From IMG/VR virus record IMGVR_UViG_3300033519_000155, positions 1 to 64,000 of that record: a DNA stretch of 64,000 nt, one strand, 5' to 3'. Source of the stretch: a virus (lineage: Duplodnaviria > Caudoviricetes). The notes beneath the pieces are model-generated. The model had not been told where the DNA came from. It did not search any database and saw only the letters and a program-made list of their open reading frames with translations. Shown one piece after another: positions 40,098 to 48,418 of the stretch (positions within the stretch are counted from its first letter, which is position 1; every line of letters starts with the position of its first letter). Made by a program: the position numbers and the translations under genes.

Positions 40098-40532
40098 ATG
40101 AAAAAACTAGGTAAAGTCCAAAAATTAGTGCTAAAAGAGTTTGCAAAACTTGAAAAGAGAATAGAAAAAATATTTGAAAAAGCAGAAAGAGAAGGTCTAG
40201 AGAAACTAAAAGCTAATGGAATAGTAGTAAAACCATCAAAAAGAATAGAAAAACCTATAAAGATAGCAAAAAACCTAAAAAACGCAAAAGTAGGTGATTA
40301 TGTTACACTTAATACAAAAATACAAGAAGAACAACCTAAAAGAGTAAGTCGAGGGGGTGTTAAACCTGTTTGTCAGGTATGCCATTGCATAGTAGAAAAC
40401 GTAGATGAATACGGAATATGCAGAGCTTGTTCATCTACTATGGATGCAAAAAATCTAAGGGAAAAACTAGACCATGAATTTACTAAAATGGGGGGATTTG
40501 CCCTATTTGAACTAGAGGAAGGGAGATACTAA
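40098..40532 (+). CDS. Basic hypothetical protein with C-terminal zinc finger
   Basis: CQVC..CRAC. Confidence 0.7.
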   Translation: MKKLGKVQKLVLKEFAKLEKRIEKIFEKAEREGLEKLKANGIVVKPSKRIEKPIKIAKNLKNAKVGDYVTLNTKIQEEQPKRVSRGGVKPVCQVCHCIVENVDEYGICRACSSTMDAKNLREKLDHEFTKMGGFALFELEEGRY

Positions 40533-40771
40533 AATGACAGAGTTTGAAAAAGAAGTATTAGGAAAAGTAGATAGAATTTGCAGAGTTGCAACATACATAT
40601 TCGCTTTACTTCTATTGGACATAATAGGAAGTATTATATTTTTCTCAGCACCTAAATAACATGCAAAAAGACTGGAAAGAGCAGTAATCCAGTTTTTTTA
40701 TTTTTAATTATAATTATATTTCAATCACTAATAGTATAGCATAAAAGGTCTAAAAATCAATATGGAAATTT

Positions 40772-40807
40772 AAAAACCTCTCGGTTAATTACTCCGGGAG
40801 GTTTTTT
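40772..40807 (+). terminator. Terminator ending plus-strand block
   Basis: AAAAACCTCTCGG..CCGGGAGGTTTTTT. Confidence 0.8.
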
Positions 40808-41097
40808 GTGAGAAAGGGGAAAAAAAGACGAACTGGATAGTGTATATATTTTAGTATCTATATATTATCACAAGGTTTATTCTTTTTCAAGAGGTAATTT
40901 TAAATTTCTAAAATACCTATCCCGAAATAGAAATTTTCCAGAGAGAAACGAAATCTTTTAGGGGTAGGTGCTTCTATAACCTCTTAAAAGGTCAATTATT
41001 ACCTTCAGATATTCTAATGCAACTGAGAGCTTCACAGTTCGTTTTACGAGGGGTATGCTAAAAAGCGGTCGCTTCCCATATTTTTTATTAACTCTCT

Positions 41098-41210
41098 TAG
41101 TATATATACTATTAATTTTAATGTTTTTATTCATTTCTTTTAATTATTCCTTATATCTATTATCTTTTTCTTATATTAATTATTTATTTTATTATTAGTA
41201 TATATACTAA
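41098..41210. repeat. Two copies of palindrome TAGTATATATACTA (41098-41111, 41196-41209)
   Basis: Perfect 14-bp palindromes, 98 bp apart, in an AT-rich non-coding region. Confidence 0.75.
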
Positions 41211-41345
41211 GTAATATTATTTTATATTAATTATACTATCAATATATCCAGTTCTTGCAACATATAAAAAATAATATACCTATACCTCCGGGATTACACC
41301 TTTATTTAAAAATTTACTATAAATATTATAATAATGTGAAATTTA

Positions 41346-42806
41346 TTATAATAATATTTCTTCTGTTATAGGAACTAAATGTAAAGTAGTTAAATCCTCT
41401 GAGTATTTAAACATTCTCCCATAACCAATAAAATTTTTATAAGGAGAAGCTTTCTTTCTTGCTTTTCTTGTTTTGTAGGGTTTCCGTTTCTTTCGAGGTT
41501 TAACTATTATTTCCTCAGATATGATATGTGGAGTATAGTGTTTTTGATAAAGTTCTTCTTGTTCTGGTGTCAGGGGTAATGTTTTTTCTACACTGGGAGC
41601 TATTGTTTCAATAACTCCAGTTCTAGCATCTCCACAAGGATAAGTTTCACTCTTTTCCTTGCTTCGTGGAATTTCTTCCTTTACGGTATTACCGCAGGTT
41701 GCCGCACACAACATTCGATTTTTAAGGTTACGTGCAGAATTAACATTACGGTCTTCCTCCATACCACAATTTGAACATTTATAAACACGTTCATTTAACT
41801 TTTGTTTTTGCTCTGCTCCACAGCAGGAACAAATTTGACTTGTCTTATATTCATCAACAAAATAAACAGTTCTTCCTTCACGCTCTGCTAAAGTCTTAAA
41901 GGTGCGTAAGAACAAATCTTTTGATGGCATAACCATATTTTTATTACCTACAAATATCTGTCCTTCGGGATTATGCTGGAGAAAACTGTGGATTTTTTCT
42001 TCATATTTTCTTTTTAGGTATCTCTTTACTTTACGTTCCAGTTTATCAATTCTTATTGCTAAATCTCTTTTCTTACTGTTAGATAAGTATTTATGATTAT
42101 TTTTAGTTTTAAGAAGAGTTTTCAGGTGTTTTATTTTTTTGTTTGACCTGTCTAAATAAGGTATTATTTCAGGGGCAGTTTCCTTATATCCTTTGTCTGT
42201 TGTGATTAAGTCTATTCTGCCACAGTCAACAAATATTTTTTCTATGTTTTCAGATATTTCTATTGAATATGGGATATGAAAGTTTAAAAAGATTTCATTT
42301 GTATTTTTATTCTGGTAAACCACTAAATCTGTTATTTTACACTCAGGGACAGGGTGCTGTAAGTTAACAGTTATATTAGATTGGTTTTTTCCTGTATGCA
42401 AGCTAATAGTGTATTTGTCTATTAGGGTAAATGCTTTACGAGAGTAACGCATCGCAAAAATATATCCGGGTTCTTGCTGTTTTAACTGTTTGGCAGTTAC
42501 AGCGTTACCCCGAATATCTCTAAAAATATTACTATAGACATAGCTTGATACTAAAGATGATTGTTCAAACTTACGTATATGTTGTAAGGAATTGCTTTTT
42601 AAATGATTGAATATTTTATTATTCTGTAAATCTGATGGGTTCTTTACACTGTTACAGAAATGGTTATAAACCTCTCTACAATAGAAGGATAGTCTGATTA
42701 ACGTATTATGTAAATCTTTTGTGTAATAAGCTTTTATACTCTGAGTTTTAAAACCATCTATTTTCATTAAATAATTTTTACACCTTTTATTAAAATCTGT
42801 TGACAT
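41346..42806 (-). CDS. tnpB: Stand-alone TnpB-family RNA-guided nuclease homolog with altered RuvC site and about 120-aa C-terminal extension
   Basis: FVDCG (RuvC-I), IFVG at RuvC-II, VDEYKTSQICSCCG, YKCSNCG, DRNVNSARN; no transposase adjacent. Confidence 0.85.
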   Translation of the reverse strand: MSTDFNKRCKNYLMKIDGFKTQSIKAYYTKDLHNTLIRLSFYCREVYNHFCNSVKNPSDLQNNKIFNHLKSNSLQHIRKFEQSSLVSSYVYSNIFRDIRGNAVTAKQLKQQEPGYIFAMRYSRKAFTLIDKYTISLHTGKNQSNITVNLQHPVPECKITDLVVYQNKNTNEIFLNFHIPYSIEISENIEKIFVDCGRIDLITTDKGYKETAPEIIPYLDRSNKKIKHLKTLLKTKNNHKYLSNSKKRDLAIRIDKLERKVKRYLKRKYEEKIHSFLQHNPEGQIFVGNKNMVMPSKDLFLRTFKTLAEREGRTVYFVDEYKTSQICSCCGAEQKQKLNERVYKCSNCGMEEDRNVNSARNLKNRMLCAATCGNTVKEEIPRSKEKSETYPCGDARTGVIETIAPSVEKTLPLTPEQEELYQKHYTPHIISEEIIVKPRKKRKPYKTRKARKKASPYKNFIGYGRMFKYSEDLTTLHLVPITEEILL

Positions 42807-42828
42807 TTTTAATTGAATAAGGTATAAA
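42800..42828 (+). promoter_or_regulatory. Plus-strand promoter overlapping tnpB start (antisense to tnpB leader)
   Basis: TTGACA-17-TATAAA. Confidence 0.55.
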
Positions 42829-42930
42829 TGATGTATAACCTTTTTTCAATTTTTGTCGGATATTAGTTGAAAAAGGGTTGCTTGATTTTAACCCCTTATT
42901 TTCATCTAGTTTAGTGTAACGAATATTTTT

Positions 42931-42959
42931 ATCCTATCATACATTTTTTAGATTGTAAA
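42931..42959 (-). promoter_or_regulatory. Candidate tnpB promoter
   Basis: TTTACA-17-TAGGAT with the TG extension seen in other promoters of this genome. Confidence 0.5.
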
Positions 42960-43216
42960 TAATGTTTTAAAACTTTTTTTAAATTGTCGTTATATTATGT
43001 AAAATACAACGAGAAATAAATAAAAATTCTTTTCTCTGCCTCACGTAAAGAAAAGAATAAAACCGTTAATTTTTTAATGGACTGTCCTAATATAACACAA
43101 AAACCCATATGTTACAAGTTCGACTTACTTATAACCCTATGGGTTTTGTGGATAATTAAATTTTTCAATTAATTTAGATGTCTGTATCTAAATTATAGCA
43201 CAGGAAACTGTTAAAA

Positions 43217-44122
43217 TCAACATCGAGAGAGAATATCCCTTGCATATTTTACACCTACGGAATTCAATCCCTGATTATATGCTATGCTCATGACCATAGC
43301 ATGTTGTCGGTTAAATTCCGCTAGTTGAATTCTTGAAAAAATCTGTGTTCTTATCCAATCCAGATAAAAGCAACCACAGTGAATATTTATATCTATATTA
43401 AAAGGGTCTGACCCTTCCGGGAGATTTAATTTCTTCAAGCACTCTTCAAAAGTTGCAGGAAGAAGTTGCATTAATCCTTTTGCATTAGAGGAGGAAACTG
43501 CTCTAGGATTAAAGGAACTCTCTCTTCTTATTACATTAGAAATATAAGAGTTTTTCTGAGTTCCTAAAGGGTTTAAAAAATATTTTTCGGAATACAGGGA
43601 GATTGCTTTATTTATTATTTGCATTTCTGTATCTATATGAGGACTAAACACAGGGACAATAGGTTTTAGTGTATGCCTTTGATTGTAATACCATAAAGCT
43701 TTATCTCTAATTAGCTCATAAACATTCTTTTCTTGTCCTTTAAGATACTTTCTGCAATCCCATCGTTCTGAGGGATAACCGTCTAATTGAGCAAAATGAG
43801 CATGGTCGTAAACATCTTCAATAGGTATGTCGTGTTTACTCATAAGATTAGCAACTAGGGTTGCAGCAAGTTCTATTTGCTCTAATCGAGGAGGGCAATC
43901 CCCATCTGTTTTTTCAGTCATATTAAGTCCAGAGCATATAGTAACACCAATATTATCTGTATTTCTTCTCCAAGTATGAGCTAAAATATCATCGTCAGAG
44001 TCACACATCTGAACTACTTTAGCTTTACCTAATTTTTTATCAAAAGTAATTGAATAATGATAATCAGGAGAGCAATATGTATAGTTCCCGGCACTCCAAT
44101 GTAATGTTACAATTTTACCCAT
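43217..44122 (-). CDS. Two-domain endolysin: N-terminal amidase-like + C-terminal SLT lytic transglycosylase
   Basis: LHWSAG..HTWRRN..IGV..DH; RRESSFNPRAVSSSNAKGLMQL..YNQG. Confidence 0.88.
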   Translation of the reverse strand: MGKIVTLHWSAGNYTYCSPDYHYSITFDKKLGKAKVVQMCDSDDDILAHTWRRNTDNIGVTICSGLNMTEKTDGDCPPRLEQIELAATLVANLMSKHDIPIEDVYDHAHFAQLDGYPSERWDCRKYLKGQEKNVYELIRDKALWYYNQRHTLKPIVPVFSPHIDTEMQIINKAISLYSEKYFLNPLGTQKNSYISNVIRRESSFNPRAVSSSNAKGLMQLLPATFEECLKKLNLPEGSDPFNIDINIHCGCFYLDWIRTQIFSRIQLAEFNRQHAMVMSIAYNQGLNSVGVKYARDILSRC

Positions 44123-44238
44123 AATTACATTCCTTTCTTATTTTACTAATTTTAATTTAAGAAGTATTCTAAATATTCCGTAATAAAAGAAAAAAGCAAT
44201 TTGCATAATTATAAATAGAACACATCTTTTTATAAAGG

Positions 44239-44646
44239 TCATTTCTTTATTTTTCCTATAAGAACATTTATCCCATTAACTACATTGGAAACAGACTCAG
44301 GGAAATTGAATTTTGTGTGTTCGAGTTCAGGAAGATTTGCCTGTGCAACTTTTACTGCTTTTTCAAGTTTCTGTTCAGAACTCATTCCGAAAGGCATAGA
44401 AATTTCTTCGGCATATCTTATACCTTTTAAAAGTTCATTAAGAATTTTTGGTTCATGTTCATTTATTTTTGATACTGCATTTTTGAAGGGTTGATAAGGA
44501 ACTGCATCTGCCACTGTTCCTAATACTTCTCTAATAGCTTCATCTTTGCTATCTACGTAATTAAGGAAATCTTTTACTGTATCTTTTACACCTACGTATT
44601 TTTGAATTGTGTCTCTCATTTCATTAACTGTTTCTATAAAACCCAT
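44239..44646 (-). CDS. Hypothetical protein with weak LL-H holin-like motif
   Basis: GIRYAEE..SEQKLEKAV; directly upstream of endolysin; no clear TM helix. Confidence 0.4.
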   Translation of the reverse strand: MGFIETVNEMRDTIQKYVGVKDTVKDFLNYVDSKDEAIREVLGTVADAVPYQPFKNAVSKINEHEPKILNELLKGIRYAEEISMPFGMSSEQKLEKAVKVAQANLPELEHTKFNFPESVSNVVNGINVLIGKIKK

Positions 44647-44660
44647 TAATAAACACTCCT

Positions 44661-46250
44661 TTAATCTAATGTAAAATAAAATGTTGTTCCTCTGTCAGGT
44701 TCGCTGTCAAACCAAATATTTCCTCCATGTTCTAAAATTATTTTCTTTACTAAAGAGAGTCCTATACCTGTGCCGGGATACCTTTTAGAGTGAATTCTAA
44801 AGAAAGGTTTACATAGATTTTTTGCACTCTCCATATTAAAACCAATTCCGTTATCACTAATAAAGTAAATATCTTGGTCTCCTGTATTAGACTTACCGAA
44901 TTGAATTTTTAATTTTCTGTAAACATCTCTATACTTTAGACTATTACTTATAAAATTTTCAAACACCGAGCGAAATAATGTTTCATCTACTTCTGCATAT
45001 AAATCTTCTTGGATAATTATTTCAGGAAATTCCCTTGTGTCGAGTTTTAACAGGGTGTTGTAACACTGTTTAAATAATAAACTCAAATTTACTTTTTGAA
45101 TATTGAGAGAAGCTTTCCCGATTTTTAGAAGTCCTATGAGTGAGTGAAGAGTTTCTAATATATGGTGCAGTTCTAAATGAATACTGCCCATAATTTTCAT
45201 ATGTTTTTCGCAGTTTTTTTCTTCCTCATTTAGCAATAGATGAAAATACTGGTCTATTGTTTGTATGGGTGTTTGAACATCATGAGATAAAGCGGAAACA
45301 TAATTTTCCAGTTCAAGATTTTTATATGTAATTTCTTGGGTTCTTTCGGTAATAGTTTCTTCTAAATTTTCTTTTGCCTGTATAAGAGTATCTTCAAATT
45401 GTTTTTTAAGTATATAGAACCCTACTAATTCTGCACAAATTTGTAGAATATCAATAATATCCTGTGATATGTTTAGTTCTTCAACGGTATTATCAAATTC
45501 TAAAAATCCCCATAGCTTATCTTCTATTATTATAGGTAATAATACTAAAGTTCTTACTTCTAAACTTTTTAAGAAAGCAAATTCTTCCTCAGAAAGATGC
45601 TTTGCATGGGTAATAAGTGGTCGTTTTTCCTCACATAGTAATTTTAAAGTTTTAAAGGTATCACAGTCTATTTTTTGTAATTTAGGGTCTAACCCAACAA
45701 AACGAATTCCTGTTTTACAGGTTTCAATAATTTTTTGTAAGTATTTTTCTTTTTCAAAATACTGAAATATACAACAAGAGGTAAATGCTGAAACATCAAG
45801 CATATGTTTTAATCCTGCTTCTAATGCAAGAATAAGTCCACCATTTTTTAAGAGTGCCTTAGAACATTTGTATAAAGCACTCTTATAATTTAATAAAGTT
45901 TTTAGCTTTTTTTCTGATAAATTTTTAGTTGTAACGTCTTTTACAGCTACTAAAAAATAATCTTTGCGTGAATTACTTATATTAGCTACTTTAAACTCTC
46001 CGTAAAATTTTTGTCCACCTTTTTTTATTTGAACTGCTTCAAATTCTGACATTTCTTTAGTTATTTTATTTCGGAAAATAGAAAAATCATATTCTCCTAT
46101 TAAACATCTTTTGTCTAATCTATAGAGAACTTCTGCTTTTCTATTTGCATATGTAATCTGCCCTTTTTCAACAACAAATGTTGCTTCAGGATACTCCTCA
46201 AAAATTTCATAAAAATTGTCAATCTTTTTCCTAAATAGAAACCCTAGCAT
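44661..46250 (-). CDS. Cytoplasmic sensor histidine kinase (PAS-GAF-HisKA-HATPase)
   Basis: PAS (FEEYPEATFVVEKGQITYANRKAE), GAF (LVLLPIIIEDKLWGFLEF), H-box SHDVQTPI, N-box NFISNSLKY, DNGIGF, PFFRIH, GTGIGL, HGGNIW. Start placed at ATG 46250 (track start 46364 overlaps neighbour). Confidence 0.95.
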   Translation of the reverse strand: MLGFLFRKKIDNFYEIFEEYPEATFVVEKGQITYANRKAEVLYRLDKRCLIGEYDFSIFRNKITKEMSEFEAVQIKKGGQKFYGEFKVANISNSRKDYFLVAVKDVTTKNLSEKKLKTLLNYKSALYKCSKALLKNGGLILALEAGLKHMLDVSAFTSCCIFQYFEKEKYLQKIIETCKTGIRFVGLDPKLQKIDCDTFKTLKLLCEEKRPLITHAKHLSEEEFAFLKSLEVRTLVLLPIIIEDKLWGFLEFDNTVEELNISQDIIDILQICAELVGFYILKKQFEDTLIQAKENLEETITERTQEITYKNLELENYVSALSHDVQTPIQTIDQYFHLLLNEEEKNCEKHMKIMGSIHLELHHILETLHSLIGLLKIGKASLNIQKVNLSLLFKQCYNTLLKLDTREFPEIIIQEDLYAEVDETLFRSVFENFISNSLKYRDVYRKLKIQFGKSNTGDQDIYFISDNGIGFNMESAKNLCKPFFRIHSKRYPGTGIGLSLVKKIILEHGGNIWFDSEPDRGTTFYFTLD

Positions 46251-46264
46251 AGAAACACCAACTT

Positions 46265-46645
46265 CTATTTTCCACCCGGAAAGAATTTTTCCCAATTTGT
46301 TAAAATATAAATGACTATTGCTCCAAATCCACCACCAACAGCATATAATACTTTTTGATACCACGCAATATTATTGTCCTGTTGTTTATTTCCGTTCCTT
46401 ACCATCTCCTGTAATAATTCTATATTAGCGTTCTCGGCAGTTCTAACAGCAAGGTCTTGTTTTCGAGCAATTTCAGCTACAACAGCAGTTAGTGTATTTA
46501 CTGCGACTTTCATTTCAACTATATTACCAGAAAAATACTCATACGCTCGAACCATCATAGCAATATCCTGATTGCTAATATTCTTATTTGGGTCTATTTG
46601 AGTTATTGGTGTCTGCGTGTTCTGTAAATTTGTCTGAGAGTCCAA
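46265..46645 (-). CDS. Coiled-coil protein with single C-terminal TM helix (XhlA/holin-like)
   Basis: Coiled coil followed by VLYAVGGGFGAIVIYIL; probable TTG start 46645 after GAGGTG (track start 46678). Confidence 0.6.
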   Translation of the reverse strand: MDSQTNLQNTQTPITQIDPNKNISNQDIAMMVRAYEYFSGNIVEMKVAVNTLTAVVAEIARKQDLAVRTAENANIELLQEMVRNGNKQQDNNIAWYQKVLYAVGGGFGAIVIYILTNWEKFFPGGK

Positions 46646-47303
46646 AGCTGTCACCTCTTTTGTATATTGTATTTGCAAATCCTAATAGATTATCACGACT
46701 GGAATTAATTTCGTCAAGAGATAAATCACCATAAAAACATAAAGGTGAAGAATTTCTTTCTTTCTGTTCATTCGCTGCCCAAGTTCCACTCCATTCATCA
46801 GGAATATCTAATTTAGTTTTACTTAATTTTTCTTCTGTTTTTCCAAAATCGCAATAAGAAAGGGCATCAGCAAAAGTTTTTACAGGTTTTGTTACTTTTA
46901 TACCTTTAAAAACATTATCTAATGCTTTAAGGTCAAAAGGTTTATGTAAGTAATCTACAATATTTAATTTCTTCATTATAACTTCTGAAATTGGACATTC
47001 ATCACTAAAACCAGTCATTAAGCAAATTTTAACATTTGGATTTATTGCATTTAAATATTTAACAACATCTTCACCTGTCATTCCCGGCATACGATAATCT
47101 GTGAGAACTAAATCTAATTCTTTAGAGTGTTCTTCAAAATAATCAATACCCAATTCTGGAGAAAGCATTGTTATTATTTCATAATTATCTTCAAATACTT
47201 CTTTCATTACTTGGAGGAAGAAAATATCATCATCTATCATTAGTATTCTTTTTCTATTACAGTTAATTGATTTATTAATTTTATTTTTTCCTTTTATTAT
47301 CAT
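46584..47303 (-). CDS. Response-regulator receiver protein with unrecognised C-terminal tail
   Basis: ILMIDDD, LTDYRMPGMTG (phospho-Asp), LMTG, KPF; start ATG 47303 after AAGGAGG. Confidence 0.93.
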   Translation of the reverse strand: MIIKGKNKINKSINCNRKRILMIDDDIFFLQVMKEVFEDNYEIITMLSPELGIDYFEEHSKELDLVLTDYRMPGMTGEDVVKYLNAINPNVKICLMTGFSDECPISEVIMKKLNIVDYLHKPFDLKALDNVFKGIKVTKPVKTFADALSYCDFGKTEEKLSKTKLDIPDEWSGTWAANEQKERNSSPLCFYGDLSLDEINSSRDNLLGFANTIYKRGDSFGLSDKFTEHADTNNSNRPK

Positions 47304-47319
47304 TATTCTTACCTCCTTT

Positions 47320-47592
47320 TTATGTAATATCAACGTCTATGTCTAAAACGCCAAGGATAGTTGTCTGAATATTAATTTGTGTTTCAATAATGTTAACTTC
47401 AGTTCTTATATTGTTTATATAAGCAACCATGTCTAAATATTCCTGTTCAATATAACCAAAATCTGACCACTTATGTAAATTTAATTGTTTATACTCAGGA
47501 TATAGGTTTGTTATTTGTGCATAAGCTTGGTCTTTGAGAAAGGTAATTCTTATAACTTTCCACTCTTCCAGAGTGTGTTGTGTGTAATACAT
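47320..47592 (-). CDS. Tail-fibre-associated small protein
   Basis: ORF track; position after the fibre gene. Confidence 0.55.
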   Translation of the reverse strand: MYYTQHTLEEWKVIRITFLKDQAYAQITNLYPEYKQLNLHKWSDFGYIEQEYLDMVAYINNIRTEVNIIETQINIQTTILGVLDIDVDIT

Positions 47593-47766
47593 TCAGGTAA
47601 ATGTATCAGTTTCCGGGTCATAACACATACCAACCATTACAGAAGGATTTTCTGTAATGTCATAAAGTGTTAGTCCTTCTTCTAAAATAGGAGGATTTTC
47701 TTCCTCCCACTCAAAAATATTTATTACACTATTATTTTGTATTACTGCATATACTTTATGATACAT
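47593..47766 (-). CDS. Small tail-fibre-associated protein (57 aa, not in track)
   Basis: Hand translation: YAVIQNNSVINIFEW..GMCYDPETDTF. Confidence 0.6.
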   Translation of the reverse strand: MYHKVYAVIQNNSVINIFEWEEENPPILEEGLTLYDITENPSVMVGMCYDPETDTFT

Positions 47767-48410
47767 AAACCCTTTCCTCCACTACCACCATTTCCATTAG
47801 TATGAGCACAATATCCTCCACCACCACCTGCACCACTATTTGCAGAAGCGTTTCCTCCAGCAACACCAGAACTATTTCCCCCGTTACCTCCAGTGCCATT
47901 GTAACCTCCACCCCCACCACCTCCGCAATTTCCAGAATTTCCGATAGTTCCACCAGAAAATCTTTGACTACTTCCACCGGGAAATGCTTTAATTCCTCCG
48001 TTACAAGCACCATATCCCCATTGAGGAACAGCTTGTTTTCCACCTAGTCCACCATTCACAGATAAATAAGTTCCTAATGTAGAAATTCCACCATTACCCC
48101 CATTTACAACAGTTGCATTTCCTCCTGTTCCACCTGAACCTAATACTATTGAAATAGATTGACTGGGGGTTACATTTACAGGGAAATTTTCATACCAATA
48201 ACCAGAACCTCCACCTCCACCTGCTCTAGCACCTCCACCTCCACCCCCAACAAGTGTTGCGTATAACATATAAACATTTGCTGGAACAATGAAAGTTCCA
48301 GAGGAAGTAAAGGTTTGTGTAATTAAAGAGTCCATGTCAATATCAACAGGAGTTAATATTCTTTCTTCTGGAAAACCCTCTAAATTTACGACTAAAACTT
48401 TACTTCCCAT
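47742..48410 (-). CDS. Glycine-rich tail fibre protein
   Basis: TFTSSGTFIVP..GGGGGG repeats..GGSGGKGLCII. Confidence 0.75.
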   Translation of the reverse strand: MGSKVLVVNLEGFPEERILTPVDIDMDSLITQTFTSSGTFIVPANVYMLYATLVGGGGGGARAGGGGGSGYWYENFPVNVTPSQSISIVLGSGGTGGNATVVNGGNGGISTLGTYLSVNGGLGGKQAVPQWGYGACNGGIKAFPGGSSQRFSGGTIGNSGNCGGGGGGGYNGTGGNGGNSSGVAGGNASANSGAGGGGGYCAHTNGNGGSGGKGLCIIKYMQ

Positions 48411-48418
48411 ATAAAAAC

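Noticed and set aside
44661-46250. Kinase as a photosensory bacteriophytochrome
   Set aside because: The kinase core is of similar type, but no PHY domain or PASDIP chromophore motif is recognisable.
47756-48043. Alternative-frame 95-aa Val/Glu-rich ORF inside the glycine-rich fibre gene
   Set aside because: Expected by-product of GGN-rich codons in the overlapping frame (GTG/GAG); no independent evidence.
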